64,000 nucleotides of DNA from a virus (lineage: Duplodnaviria; Caudoviricetes), in IMG/VR virus record IMGVR_UViG_3300042881_004206; one strand, given 5' to 3'. The position numbers and the translations under genes were made by a program. Each line of letters begins with the position of its first letter. The first letter of the stretch is position 1. The notes beneath the pieces are model-generated. The model was not told the DNA's origin and made no database searches. It was given only the letters and a program-made list of their open reading frames with translations. This document shows positions 57,658 through 64,000 of the stretch, in pieces.

Positions 57658-57775
57658 TTTGTTTTGCTGATTGTAAGCCATGGGCTTGATCATGCCCGAG
57701 TAACTGTGTACATAATTGCGGTAATTCTAGACTATCCCGCATGAGCACAGCAAATAGTGCAGTCAGCAAAACAAA
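57658..57775 (+). ncRNA. Unassigned 118-nt structured RNA between tRNA-Glu and tRNA-Lys
   Basis: 18-bp terminal helix (TTTGTTTTGCTGATTGTA / TGCAGTCAGCAAAACAAA, with G-U pairs) plus internal stems GGGC/GCCC, CTGTG/CACAG and TGCGG/CCGCA. Confidence 0.7.
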
Positions 57776-57776
57776 T

Positions 57777-57852
57777 GGGACGTTAGCTCAGTTGGTAGAG
57801 CAGTAGACTTTTAATCTATTGGTCGTGGGTTCGAACCCCGCACGTCCTACCA
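57777..57852 (+). tRNA. tRNA-Lys(TTT)
   Basis: Loop CT-TTT-AA, CCA. Confidence 0.95.
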
Positions 57853-57857
57853 AATAA

Positions 57858-57942
57858 GGAGAACGAGAAGCATTGGTGACTTCAGCAGACTGTAAATCTG
57901 TCGCCTCAGGCATACGGGGTTCGAATCCCTGGTTCTCCACCA
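57858..57942 (+). tRNA. tRNA-Tyr(GTA)
   Basis: Loop CT-GTA-AA, long variable arm, CCA. Confidence 0.93.
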
Positions 57943-57978
57943 TGGCCTCATTGAGGCCGCCATATATAATGGTTCAAT

Positions 57979-58053
57979 TCCCTAGTAGCTCAGCGGTAGA
58001 GCAGCAGACTGTTAATCTGTTGGTCCGTGGTTCGATCCCACGCTGGGGAGCCA
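57979..58053 (+). tRNA. tRNA-Asn(GTT)
   Basis: Loop CT-GTT-AA, G73, CCA. Confidence 0.95.
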
Positions 58054-58060
58054 GTTTTTT

Positions 58061-58138
58061 CGGGGTGTAGCACAGCCTGGTTAGTGCGCCTGCTTTGGGA
58101 GCAGGAGGTCGTGAGTTCGAATCCCACCACCCCGACCA
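58061..58138 (+). tRNA. tRNA-Pro(TGG)
   Basis: Loop TT-TGG-GA, C1-G72, CCA. Confidence 0.95.
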
Positions 58139-58147
58139 TATTAAAAA

Positions 58148-58221
58148 GCCCCTGTAGCATGAAGGTCGTGCAGTTGCCTTGTAAGCATCAGGTCCGTGTT
58201 CGATTCACGGTGGGGGCACCA
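58148..58221 (+). tRNA. tRNA-Thr(TGT)
   Basis: Loop CT-TGT-AA, CCA; one mismatch in the anticodon stem. Confidence 0.88.
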
Positions 58222-58227
58222 GACTTT

Positions 58228-58302
58228 GGGCTGCTAGTGATAATGGGAGCACGCCGCCTTTGCACGGCGGAGGTTGGAGTTCGATCCTCCAGCGGTCCAC
58301 CA
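58228..58302 (+). tRNA. tRNA-Ala(TGC)
   Basis: Loop TT-TGC-AC, G3-U70 identity pair, CCA. Confidence 0.93.
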
Positions 58303-58497
58303 AGAACGTGCCGTTTCGTCAACGGCTAGTCTGACCCGGACGATGAGAAGGTAGATGACGTCTACAGGGTGGTTCTGGTCCTACCGAACCAGCGCTGGCA
58401 ATGCGAGAACGGGACCTGTTGGGAAGCGGGTGGAAGGTGCAAGTGATGGCCTGCAGGCTTGATGCACTATAATTACCGCCAGGGTCCGTCAGAGCAT
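58303..58497 (+). ncRNA. ~195-nt highly structured RNA, manA-motif-like
   Basis: GC-rich spacer with many helices (GCCGTT/AACGGC, TCTGAC/GTCAGA, GTAGA/TCTAC, GGTTC/GAACC, GTGCA/TGCAC) and a pseudoknot GGTCC/GGACC. The family name is from recollection only. Confidence 0.7.
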
Positions 58498-58499
58498 AT

Positions 58500-58575
58500 G
58501 GTGATATAGCTCAACTGGTAGAGCACCTCCTTCATACGGAGACGGTTGTAGGCTCGGATCCTACTATCACCACCA
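58500..58575 (+). tRNA. tRNA-Met(CAT), elongator type, divergent T-loop
   Basis: Acceptor GGTGATA/TATCACC, loop TT-CAT-AC, T-loop CTCGGAT. Confidence 0.8.
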
Positions 58576-58583
58576 AATTTCAC

Positions 58584-58658
58584 ACCGACATAGCTCAGCG
58601 GTAGAGCAGCGTCTTGATAAGGCGTTGGTCGGTGGTTCAATCCCACCTGTCGGTACCA
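58584..58658 (+). tRNA. tRNA-Ile(GAT)
   Basis: Loop TT-GAT-AA, CCA. Confidence 0.93.
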
Positions 58659-58682
58659 TCGATTAAATATAAGGAGAATAAT

Positions 58683-58859
58683 ATGTCGGATGGAGGTAAA
58701 GGTTCTTCACCGAGACCGTATAGTGTCTCACATGAAGAATTTTCAAAAAATTGGGACAATATCTTTAAGAAAGATAAAGAACCAAAAAACGAAGAAGTAG
58801 AAGATAAATTAACTAGAAACAATGAAGAAACTCAATATATAAAGAGTATATCTCGCTAG
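58683..58859 (+). CDS. Small conserved phage protein (MSDGGKGS type, 58 aa)
   Basis: AAGGAG SD, then ATG at 58683. 'GGKGS.PRP.SV....F..NWD.IF' pattern. The stop overlaps the 5' end of tRNA-Trp. Confidence 0.7.
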   Translation: MSDGGKGSSPRPYSVSHEEFSKNWDNIFKKDKEPKNEEVEDKLTRNNEETQYIKSISR

Positions 58860-58923
58860 TGTAACGGCAGCATACCGGTCTCCAAAACCGTTGGTCGGGG
58901 TTCGAATCCCTGGCGAGGTGCCA
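58850..58923 (+). tRNA. tRNA-Trp(CCA)
   Basis: Loop CT-CCA-AA, G73, CCA. Confidence 0.9.
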
Positions 58924-58938
58924 ATAGAAAGGTTTATT

Positions 58939-59421
58939 ATGTTAAAACTCAACATTCAAGAGGTTAAGGATTTTATTCAATCACAAAGTCCGGATACTAA
59001 AATTTACCTTGGTGCAGACTCGGAAAGATTTCATATGAATGGTAAATGGTATGCTGATTACACTCTTGCTGTTGTAGTTCATATTGATGGTCGACATGGA
59101 TGTAAGATATTTGGTGAAGTTCATCGTGAGTTGGATTATGATCACAAGAAAAGCAAACCTGCTATGCGATTGATGAATGAAGTTTATAAAGTAGCAGATT
59201 TGTTTCACCAATTAATTGATGTGTTGGAAGATAGACATGTAGAAGTTCACCTGGATATTAATCCAGATGAGCACTATGGTTCTTCTTGCGTGGTGCAACA
59301 AGCAATAGGTTATATCAAAGGTACATGTGATGTTGTACCAATGGTGAAACCAAAAGCATTTGCTGCTTCATATGCAGCAGATAGACTGAAACATGTGATG
59401 GCTATGGCAAAAGTTGTTTAA
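58939..59421 (+). CDS. RNase H-like protein, YkuK/DUF458 type
   Basis: 'IYLG.DS', 'RL..EV' and 'EVHLD.N.....S...A.GY' with 'KP.A.AAS..AD'. The ATG at 58939 follows a GAAAGG SD. Confidence 0.75.
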   Translation: MLKLNIQEVKDFIQSQSPDTKIYLGADSERFHMNGKWYADYTLAVVVHIDGRHGCKIFGEVHRELDYDHKKSKPAMRLMNEVYKVADLFHQLIDVLEDRHVEVHLDINPDEHYGSSCVVQQAIGYIKGTCDVVPMVKPKAFAASYAADRLKHVMAMAKVV

Positions 59422-59422
59422 T

Positions 59423-59497
59423 GGTGTCTATGGTGTAGTGGAAGCATTGCTCTCTGTGAAAGAGTAGGTACGAGGTCGGTACTCGTTAGACACCCCA
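59423..59497 (+). tRNA. tRNA-His(GTG)
   Basis: G-1:C73, loop CT-GTG-AA, divergent T-loop GTCGGTA. Confidence 0.85.
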
Positions 59498-59512
59498 AAA
59501 TAAGGATTAATT

Positions 59513-59752
59513 ATGAAACCACTAGGTAATAATGTTATTGTGAAACGTGCAGAAAAAAATCTGACAACAGGTTCAGGTATTATTTTGCAAAGAAGTGATG
59601 AAGCCGATTATGGTGTCGTAGTGAATATTGGACCTGATGTTGTTGATGTGTCGATTTCAGACAAGGTACTGTTGGATTGGAATAAAGCACTTCAAATCGA
59701 TAAAGAAAATTATAAAATTTCAATTGATAGTATTATTGCTATCATTGAGTAA
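59513..59752 (+). CDS. groES: Co-chaperonin GroES (gp31-like role)
   Basis: 'MKPLGN.VIV', 'T.SGIIL' and 'G.VV..GP.V..V..GD.V'. Confidence 0.88.
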   Translation: MKPLGNNVIVKRAEKNLTTGSGIILQRSDEADYGVVVNIGPDVVDVSISDKVLLDWNKALQIDKENYKISIDSIIAIIE

Positions 59753-59759
59753 ATTTTAA

Positions 59760-59833
59760 GCCTCTTTAGTTTAATGGTAAAACTCCGCCCTTACAAGACG
59801 GTTACGGCAGTTCGATTCTGTCAAGAGGCACCA
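59760..59833 (+). tRNA. tRNA-Val(TAC)
   Basis: Loop CT-TAC-AA, CCA. Confidence 0.9.
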
Positions 59834-59844
59834 GGAGAGATAAA

Positions 59845-60036
59845 ATGTACATAGAAAGCATCCAAAAACTTTTTACCATTTGGCCTGTTTATACTAAAGA
59901 AACGGTATACAAAACATTGGTGGATCCTGTGACGGATAAAAAAGTTGTTGACATTGTGACTTATTATGTGTATAATGACAAAGCAAAAATTGATACGAAT
60001 GAAAACAACAAAACAAACATTGATGTAAAAGTTTAG
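59845..60036 (+). CDS. Hypothetical protein (63 aa)
   Basis: AGGAG SD. The stop codon's last base is G1 of tRNA-Leu. Confidence 0.6.
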   Translation: MYIESIQKLFTIWPVYTKETVYKTLVDPVTDKKVVDIVTYYVYNDKAKIDTNENNKTNIDVKV

Positions 60037-60112
60037 CCCCGGTGACGGAATTGGTATACGTGTTGGTCTTAGAAGCCAAATTTTAGGAGTTCGACTCTCC
60101 TCTGGGGCACCA
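60036..60112 (+). tRNA. tRNA-Leu(TAG) lacking the long variable arm
   Basis: Leu-type D-arm (ACG/CGT, GG..TA), loop CT-TAG-AA, A73; the variable region is only ATTTT. Confidence 0.85.
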
Positions 60113-60118
60113 AATAAA

Positions 60119-60193
60119 CTGGCCGTAGTATAATGGAGAATACAGTTGCCTTCTAAGCAATCAATCCAGGTTCGATTCCTGGCGGCCGGACCA
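60119..60193 (+). tRNA. tRNA-Arg(TCT)
   Basis: Loop CT-TCT-AA, CCA. Confidence 0.9.
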
Positions 60194-60198
60194 GATAT

Positions 60199-60283
60199 GC
60201 GACTGTGGTGAAATAGGTAGACACAAGAGACTTAAAATCTCTCGACTTCGGTCGTGCCGGTTCGATTCCGGCCAGTCGCACCA
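60199..60283 (+). tRNA. tRNA-Leu(TAA)
   Basis: Loop CT-TAA-AA, long variable arm with a UUCG loop, CCA. Confidence 0.95.
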
Positions 60284-60296
60284 TATATAGTAGTAT

Positions 60297-60370
60297 GCGG
60301 GATTAGTTTATCGGTAAAACGAAACCTTGCCAAGGTTTAGTGACCAGTTCGACTCTGGTATCCCGCTCCA
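60297..60370 (+). tRNA. tRNA-Gly(GCC)
   Basis: Loop TT-GCC-AA, U73, CCA. Confidence 0.93.
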
Positions 60371-60388
60371 AATATACCATAATAATTC

Positions 60389-60416
60389 TTGACTCTACAA
60401 ATTTTTCTGTTATAAT
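60389..60416 (+). promoter_or_regulatory. Internal sigma70 promoter for last two tRNA-like genes
   Basis: TTGACT, 16 nt, TATAAT with TGn extension. Confidence 0.7.
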
Positions 60417-60428
60417 TAATTCATAAAT

Positions 60429-60496
60429 GCGGTGTGTTGTAGAACAGAGTGGATGTCCAATTCACTTGCTTGGTGCAAACCCAAGACGCCGCTCCA
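60429..60496 (+). tRNA. Degenerate 68-nt tRNA-Gly(TCC)-like RNA (vestigial D-arm)
   Basis: Acceptor GCGGTGT/ACGCCGC with U73 and CCA. Stem GTGGA/TTCAC with loop TG-TCC-AA; T-like arm CTTGG-TGCAAAC-CCAAG. Confidence 0.6.
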
Positions 60497-60500
60497 AATG

Positions 60501-60575
60501 CGCGGGATGGAGAAGTGGCAACTCGCCAGCCTCATAAGCTGGAGATCGCAGGTTCAAATCCTGCTCCCGCAACCA
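60501..60575 (+). tRNA. tRNA-fMet(CAT)-like
   Basis: C1:A72 mismatch, loop CT-CAT-AA, ACCA end. Confidence 0.85.
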
Positions 60576-61304
60576 CTAAGAATGCAATTTAAATAAACTG
60601 AGTGCTTCCGGTATTCTTGTTTTTGTGTTCTGGCTTCCCAACAATATAACAATTCGTTGACTGATTCCATTTGTCAACATCATAGCAATACATCCACCAG
60701 ATGCTGTTATGAATCCAGTTTTACTTACAATAAATTCATATTGTTGAACCAACGGATTTGTATTGTTGTAGGTTAAAAATTTATTTTTTGTTGTTTGTAT
60801 TTTTATTGATGGCATTTTACTACTTTCAACAATTTCAGGATAATCTTTTGCCATCATTACAATTTTAATCAGTTCTTCAGCTGTACTGATATTCATTATA
60901 CTTAAACCTGTTGGTTCCACGAATCTGGTCTGTTCCAGGCCATGCATACGCATTTTTAGATTCATACTATAGATACACGCAGAAGTTCCACCAGGATAGT
61001 TCTCACATAATGTTACGGCCGCGGAATTACTTGAATTCACCATTGCCAATTGTATCAATTCTTTCCTTGTCAACTTACCTATTTTTTCATTTAGGTCTTG
61101 TTGTGCATCTAAAACAACCATCGATGTGACCAATTTTGTAATACTGGCAATCGACCTCACATCAGTTGTATTTTTACCTTCAATTATTTTGCCATTTTCG
61201 TCTGACACAATCCAGGCTTTTGCGGTAATAGGCTGTGTTGCGTTAACTGGTTCAGTATAAAATGCGGCGAAAACCAACAATAAAGAAATAATTTTGTATA
61301 GCAA
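60576..61304 (-). CDS. D-alanyl-D-alanine carboxypeptidase/endopeptidase (peptidase S11, PBP5/PBP7-like)
   Basis: Signal peptide plus SxxK (SITK), SxN (SSN) and KTG catalytic motifs; TTG start with a GGAG SD. Confidence 0.9.
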   Translation of the reverse strand: MLYKIISLLLVFAAFYTEPVNATQPITAKAWIVSDENGKIIEGKNTTDVRSIASITKLVTSMVVLDAQQDLNEKIGKLTRKELIQLAMVNSSNSAAVTLCENYPGGTSACIYSMNLKMRMHGLEQTRFVEPTGLSIMNISTAEELIKIVMMAKDYPEIVESSKMPSIKIQTTKNKFLTYNNTNPLVQQYEFIVSKTGFITASGGCIAMMLTNGISQRIVILLGSQNTKTRIPEALSLFKLHS

Positions 61305-61336
61305 TTTAAAATCTCCATAGTGTATACTCTACTTAG

Positions 61337-61519
61337 TCACTGTTTTTTTGTGCCCACCAAACATTCATTCCTAAACTTTTCATTAGCTGAAGCGGCTTTT
61401 CCATAATCAGCCTTTGGATTATTTTCTCTCCAATTCTTTTGTTTTTTTTCGACGCATTTTTCTACCGGATCCGTGCAAGCAACAAGTGTAAATGAAAGTA
61501 ATAAGATTAAATATTTCAT
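61337..61519 (-). CDS. Small predicted lipoprotein
   Basis: From the ATG at 61519: MKYLILLLSFTLVAC, a signal peptide II with lipobox LVAC. Confidence 0.7.
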   Translation of the reverse strand: MKYLILLLSFTLVACTDPVEKCVEKKQKNWRENNPKADYGKAASANEKFRNECLVGTKKQ

Positions 61520-61523
61520 AGAT

Positions 61524-62021
61524 TTATCTCCCGCAACTTCCTGTATTATTACAATATTGGATGAGTTCGTAACCACCCCAAAAAAGTCCAACAAGAAATA
61601 AAAGAATTATAGTTATAGAAATAGACATTTCTATTGCTTCTAAAATTTGTCTTTTTCTTTTGGCTGCAAATTCTTTTGCCCTTCTAGCTTCATGTGCAGC
61701 TTCTATGTCCATTGCTGCAGCTCTTGCTTTTATTTTATTCCAAACATCAATTTTTCCAGCTTGCATAAAAAGAAGTTGCAATTCATTTTCAAATTGTTTA
61801 GCTTGATCTAAGGCCATTTCAATTTGAATGGCTGCACCCATACTGGAACTAGTCCCACTTCTCTTAGCTTCTACTGCGGCTTTTGTTGCGGTGCTTTTGG
61901 CATCAAAATATTTACCCAAAACTGGCCCTAACGATGAAACATCGTCTACCGTTTTTGATATTTTTTTGACCAGCGCTACTGCCGACTGAATGCCGGCTAA
62001 TGCTGTAATTGGATCAATCAT
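61524..62021 (-). CDS. Hypothetical membrane protein (MIDPIT type)
   Basis: N-terminal amphipathic helix, coiled coil and a C-terminal TM helix. The 3' end overlaps 61337-61519 region starts. Confidence 0.65.
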   Translation of the reverse strand: MIDPITALAGIQSAVALVKKISKTVDDVSSLGPVLGKYFDAKSTATKAAVEAKRSGTSSSMGAAIQIEMALDQAKQFENELQLLFMQAGKIDVWNKIKARAAAMDIEAAHEARRAKEFAAKRKRQILEAIEMSISITIILLFLVGLFWGGYELIQYCNNTGSCGR

Positions 62022-62638
62022 TTGTTTGCCAATGGATTATCCATCGCCTTTTGAATCTTACTGTCAACATCTTTCTTCAATGTTTCAACTTCTCTGTTGA
62101 TTTCACGACGAGCTGCGGTAAATTCACTATTGATTTCTTTGCGTGTTTGTTCCATATCCCTACGGATATTGTTTGCTTCTGTTCTAGCCTTCTCCAAATC
62201 CTCACGAACAGCCTTACGCATTTCACGCATTTCAGATTCGGTTTCTCTTTGAGCTTGTTTAACTGAGCGCTCAACTTGTTCAGTAACAGATTCATTTCTA
62301 CGAATATCACTCTTTAAATCATTTTTAATATCTCTAGTGTAATCACTGGTCTTTTGACTGTTTTCTTCAATAACAGCAAGTCGTTTGTCGAAATCCGACA
62401 AATCTGGTGAAACATATTCGGCAATTTTCTTTTTCATTCCCATATAATCTTTGTAGGCTTCAAAAACACCATAAAGACCACCCAATAAAGATGAGACAAG
62501 AGTAAATGCAATCATAAGTTTTGCCGGTGTAAATTCGTAACCACCAACACTGATGACAGTATCTTTGCTGGCATATTTTTTGACAGCAGCTTCCGCTTCA
62601 TCAATTTTTTTGTTTACGTCTTTAATTTCTTCTCCCAT
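62018..62638 (-). CDS. Membrane-anchored coiled-coil protein
   Basis: One TM segment followed by a long R/K/E heptad-rich region. Confidence 0.7.
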   Translation of the reverse strand: MGEEIKDVNKKIDEAEAAVKKYASKDTVISVGGYEFTPAKLMIAFTLVSSLLGGLYGVFEAYKDYMGMKKKIAEYVSPDLSDFDKRLAVIEENSQKTSDYTRDIKNDLKSDIRRNESVTEQVERSVKQAQRETESEMREMRKAVREDLEKARTEANNIRRDMEQTRKEINSEFTAARREINREVETLKKDVDSKIQKAMDNPLANK

Positions 62639-62639
62639 T

Positions 62640-63998
62640 TTAATTCCTTTTATATTGTTGGTTGACCATTTCTTGATGTAATCTATCCGAACTCATTTGT
62701 CTTAATGCTCGAACATTGTCAACATTTTTCTGTCCTTTATAAATTTCTTTCGGTGCATAAAAAGCCGCATCTGCAATGACAAGATTCAAATACTGATTAT
62801 AACCAACAGGTGTTGTTGCCATTCTAGAAATGTTGACACCACCAGCAATTTCATTATCAGACACATTTGTGTTTACGCTTGTTTTTGGTTGTACAGATGT
62901 TGTTGTTTGTAAGTCAACACCGCGACCTTCTATTATTTGATTAATCGGATTTGTTCTATCGGTCAAAAATCTTTGAGATTCAGACATAGACATTTCGAAA
63001 GATGAAGTAGTTGATTGTTGATTTGTTGAAAACGAAGTTTGAGAAACTTGTGTTGTTTCGGTTGATATTGGAACAAAATTTTGTGTAGTTGCATTTTGTA
63101 ACTGTTGTTGTGGTGGCAATAACGAATATATTATTTGTGTTTGTGCATTTTGAGTTTGTTCTTGGAACAAATTTGTTGTAACCGTGGATTGTACAATCGA
63201 ATTATCTGGAGAAACACTATTTGTTGAACCAAAACGATTTGTATCATTTGCTCTTGTGGTAGAAGTTTGTATGTTAGGCTGAGTAAATGTTGAAACAGAA
63301 GAAGATTGTGTAGTTTGTATTTGATTACTTGACTGATCACTTCTTTGTGCAACTGGACTAATTCTTAAAGAAGAACCAATAAGACTTTGACTACTTGCTA
63401 AACTTGAAGATTGAGCAATATTTACCGCTTCTTGCTGCGCTTGCTGTGCAGTTTGTTCGGCAGCAGCAACAGCATTCTGTGCAGCCTGCATTGCAATAGA
63501 TTGTTCTCTTTGTTGATTTCTAGCAACAACACTCAAACCAATTGAAACGCCATTAGAATTAACAGTTGTTTCTTTATTATTTACAGTTGATGTTAATGTT
63601 ACAGATGGTGTAGCGACTGTAGTTAAGCTCGATTCGGTTACCGGAGATTGTGTTACTGTGGTCGTTGGAGCCTGAGGCATTGTACTTGTGGTGTTTGTGT
63701 TTGTTACAATCTCTGTCGTACTTGTTGGCAAAGGCGGCGTCAGCTTTGCTAGAGCATCAGCAAAACCAGGACAAGTTGGACTATACAATGGATTGTTGAA
63801 ACACGGATCAACCGAATACTTTAAACTGAAACTCACATTGTAAACCTCAGGTCCATAAGGCCCTGCCCAAAAATTATTGTCTCGGCCAACAAAACCATAT
63901 TGCACACTTCCTAAATCTTTTGTAGCAAATGGTGTTGTGAAGTTTTCCGAAAAATTAAAATTGGTCCAATCAAACTTATATGTTAAATCATAGTTTCG
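62640..63998 (-). CDS. Large Q/T/S-rich secreted-type protein, 5' end beyond window
   Basis: The frame stays open from the ORF-track start (63905) to the window end (...RNYDLTYKFDWTNFNFSENF...). Contains a 'YSVDPC..NPLYSPTCPG' motif. Confidence 0.7.
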   Translation of the reverse strand, partial: RNYDLTYKFDWTNFNFSENFTTPFATKDLGSVQYGFVGRDNNFWAGPYGPEVYNVSFSLKYSVDPCFNNPLYSPTCPGFADALAKLTPPLPTSTTEIVTNTNTTSTMPQAPTTTVTQSPVTESSLTTVATPSVTLTSTVNNKETTVNSNGVSIGLSVVARNQQREQSIAMQAAQNAVAAAEQTAQQAQQEAVNIAQSSSLASSQSLIGSSLRISPVAQRSDQSSNQIQTTQSSSVSTFTQPNIQTSTTRANDTNRFGSTNSVSPDNSIVQSTVTTNLFQEQTQNAQTQIIYSLLPPQQQLQNATTQNFVPISTETTQVSQTSFSTNQQSTTSSFEMSMSESQRFLTDRTNPINQIIEGRGVDLQTTTSVQPKTSVNTNVSDNEIAGGVNISRMATTPVGYNQYLNLVIADAAFYAPKEIYKGQKNVDNVRALRQMSSDRLHQEMVNQQYKRN

Positions 63999-64000
63999 AT

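Noticed and set aside
57658-57775. Pistol, hammerhead or HDV/theta ribozyme identity for the 118-nt RNA
   Set aside because: 'CACAG-CAAATAG-TGC' echoes pistol, but the helix order does not fit pistol topology. There is no CUGANGA/GAAA core and no HDV nested double pseudoknot.
57944-57958. GGCCTCA-T-TGAGGCC hairpin between tRNA-Tyr and tRNA-Asn
   Set aside because: It is too short and has no U-tract; probably a processing spacer, and nothing more can be supported.
57107-58614. ORF-track ORFs overlapping tRNA genes (57107-57337, 57873-58070, 58027-58329, and the 58614 and 58891 start extensions)
   Set aside because: They are spurious translations of tRNA sequence; true starts are at 58683 and 58939.
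57129-60283. Suppressor tRNAs or stop-codon recoding (anticodons TGA, TAG, TAA)
   Set aside because: These anticodons read Ser and Leu codons; suppressors would be TCA/CTA/TTA. Core genes are intact under the standard bacterial code.
1-64000. CRISPR array, integrase/att site, transposase or rRNA
   Set aside because: No regularly spaced direct repeats with unique spacers, and no recombinase, transposase or rRNA sequence was recognised.

Overview
AT-rich DNA from a large lytic T4-like myovirus, probably aquatic. A proteobacterial host is inferred from the host-type accessory genes and the sigma70 and boxA signals. 1-1.6 kb holds the tail of a probable homing endonuclease, a fatty-acid desaturase and a Cys-rich HNH-like gene. 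1.7-26.9 kb is a ~25 kb array of very large low-complexity virion fibre/adhesin genes built from shuffled modules, including three paralogues with one IPT/Ig stalk and three different tips. 26.9-54.9 kb is the T4-like core in cyanophage-like order: gp13-14-15-16-17-18-19-20-(67/68)-21-22-23-3-uvsY-uvsW-gp55-47-46-45-44-62-regA-hsp20. It is interrupted by accessory genes (cytidylyltransferase, guaC, def, DUF4338-like, glycosyltransferase-like, DUF5664-like). 55-57 kb carries rubrerythrin, rubredoxin, dCMP deaminase and a metallopeptidase-like gene. 57.1-60.6 kb is a boxA-led cluster of 23 tRNA or tRNA-like genes with two structured non-tRNA RNAs. 60.6-64 kb is a minus-strand block of envelope/secreted genes including a D-Ala-D-Ala carboxypeptidase. 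The most unusual signals are RNA-level. They are a tRNA-Ile(UAU) whose extra arm carries a second Ile-like (GAU) loop, a separately promoted tRNA-Gly(UCC)-like RNA with a vestigial D-arm, an unassigned 118-nt ncRNA, a ~195-nt manA-like RNA, and a pseudoknot plus ROSE-like thermometer leader on hsp20. All family assignments come from motif recognition by eye; no database searches were run.
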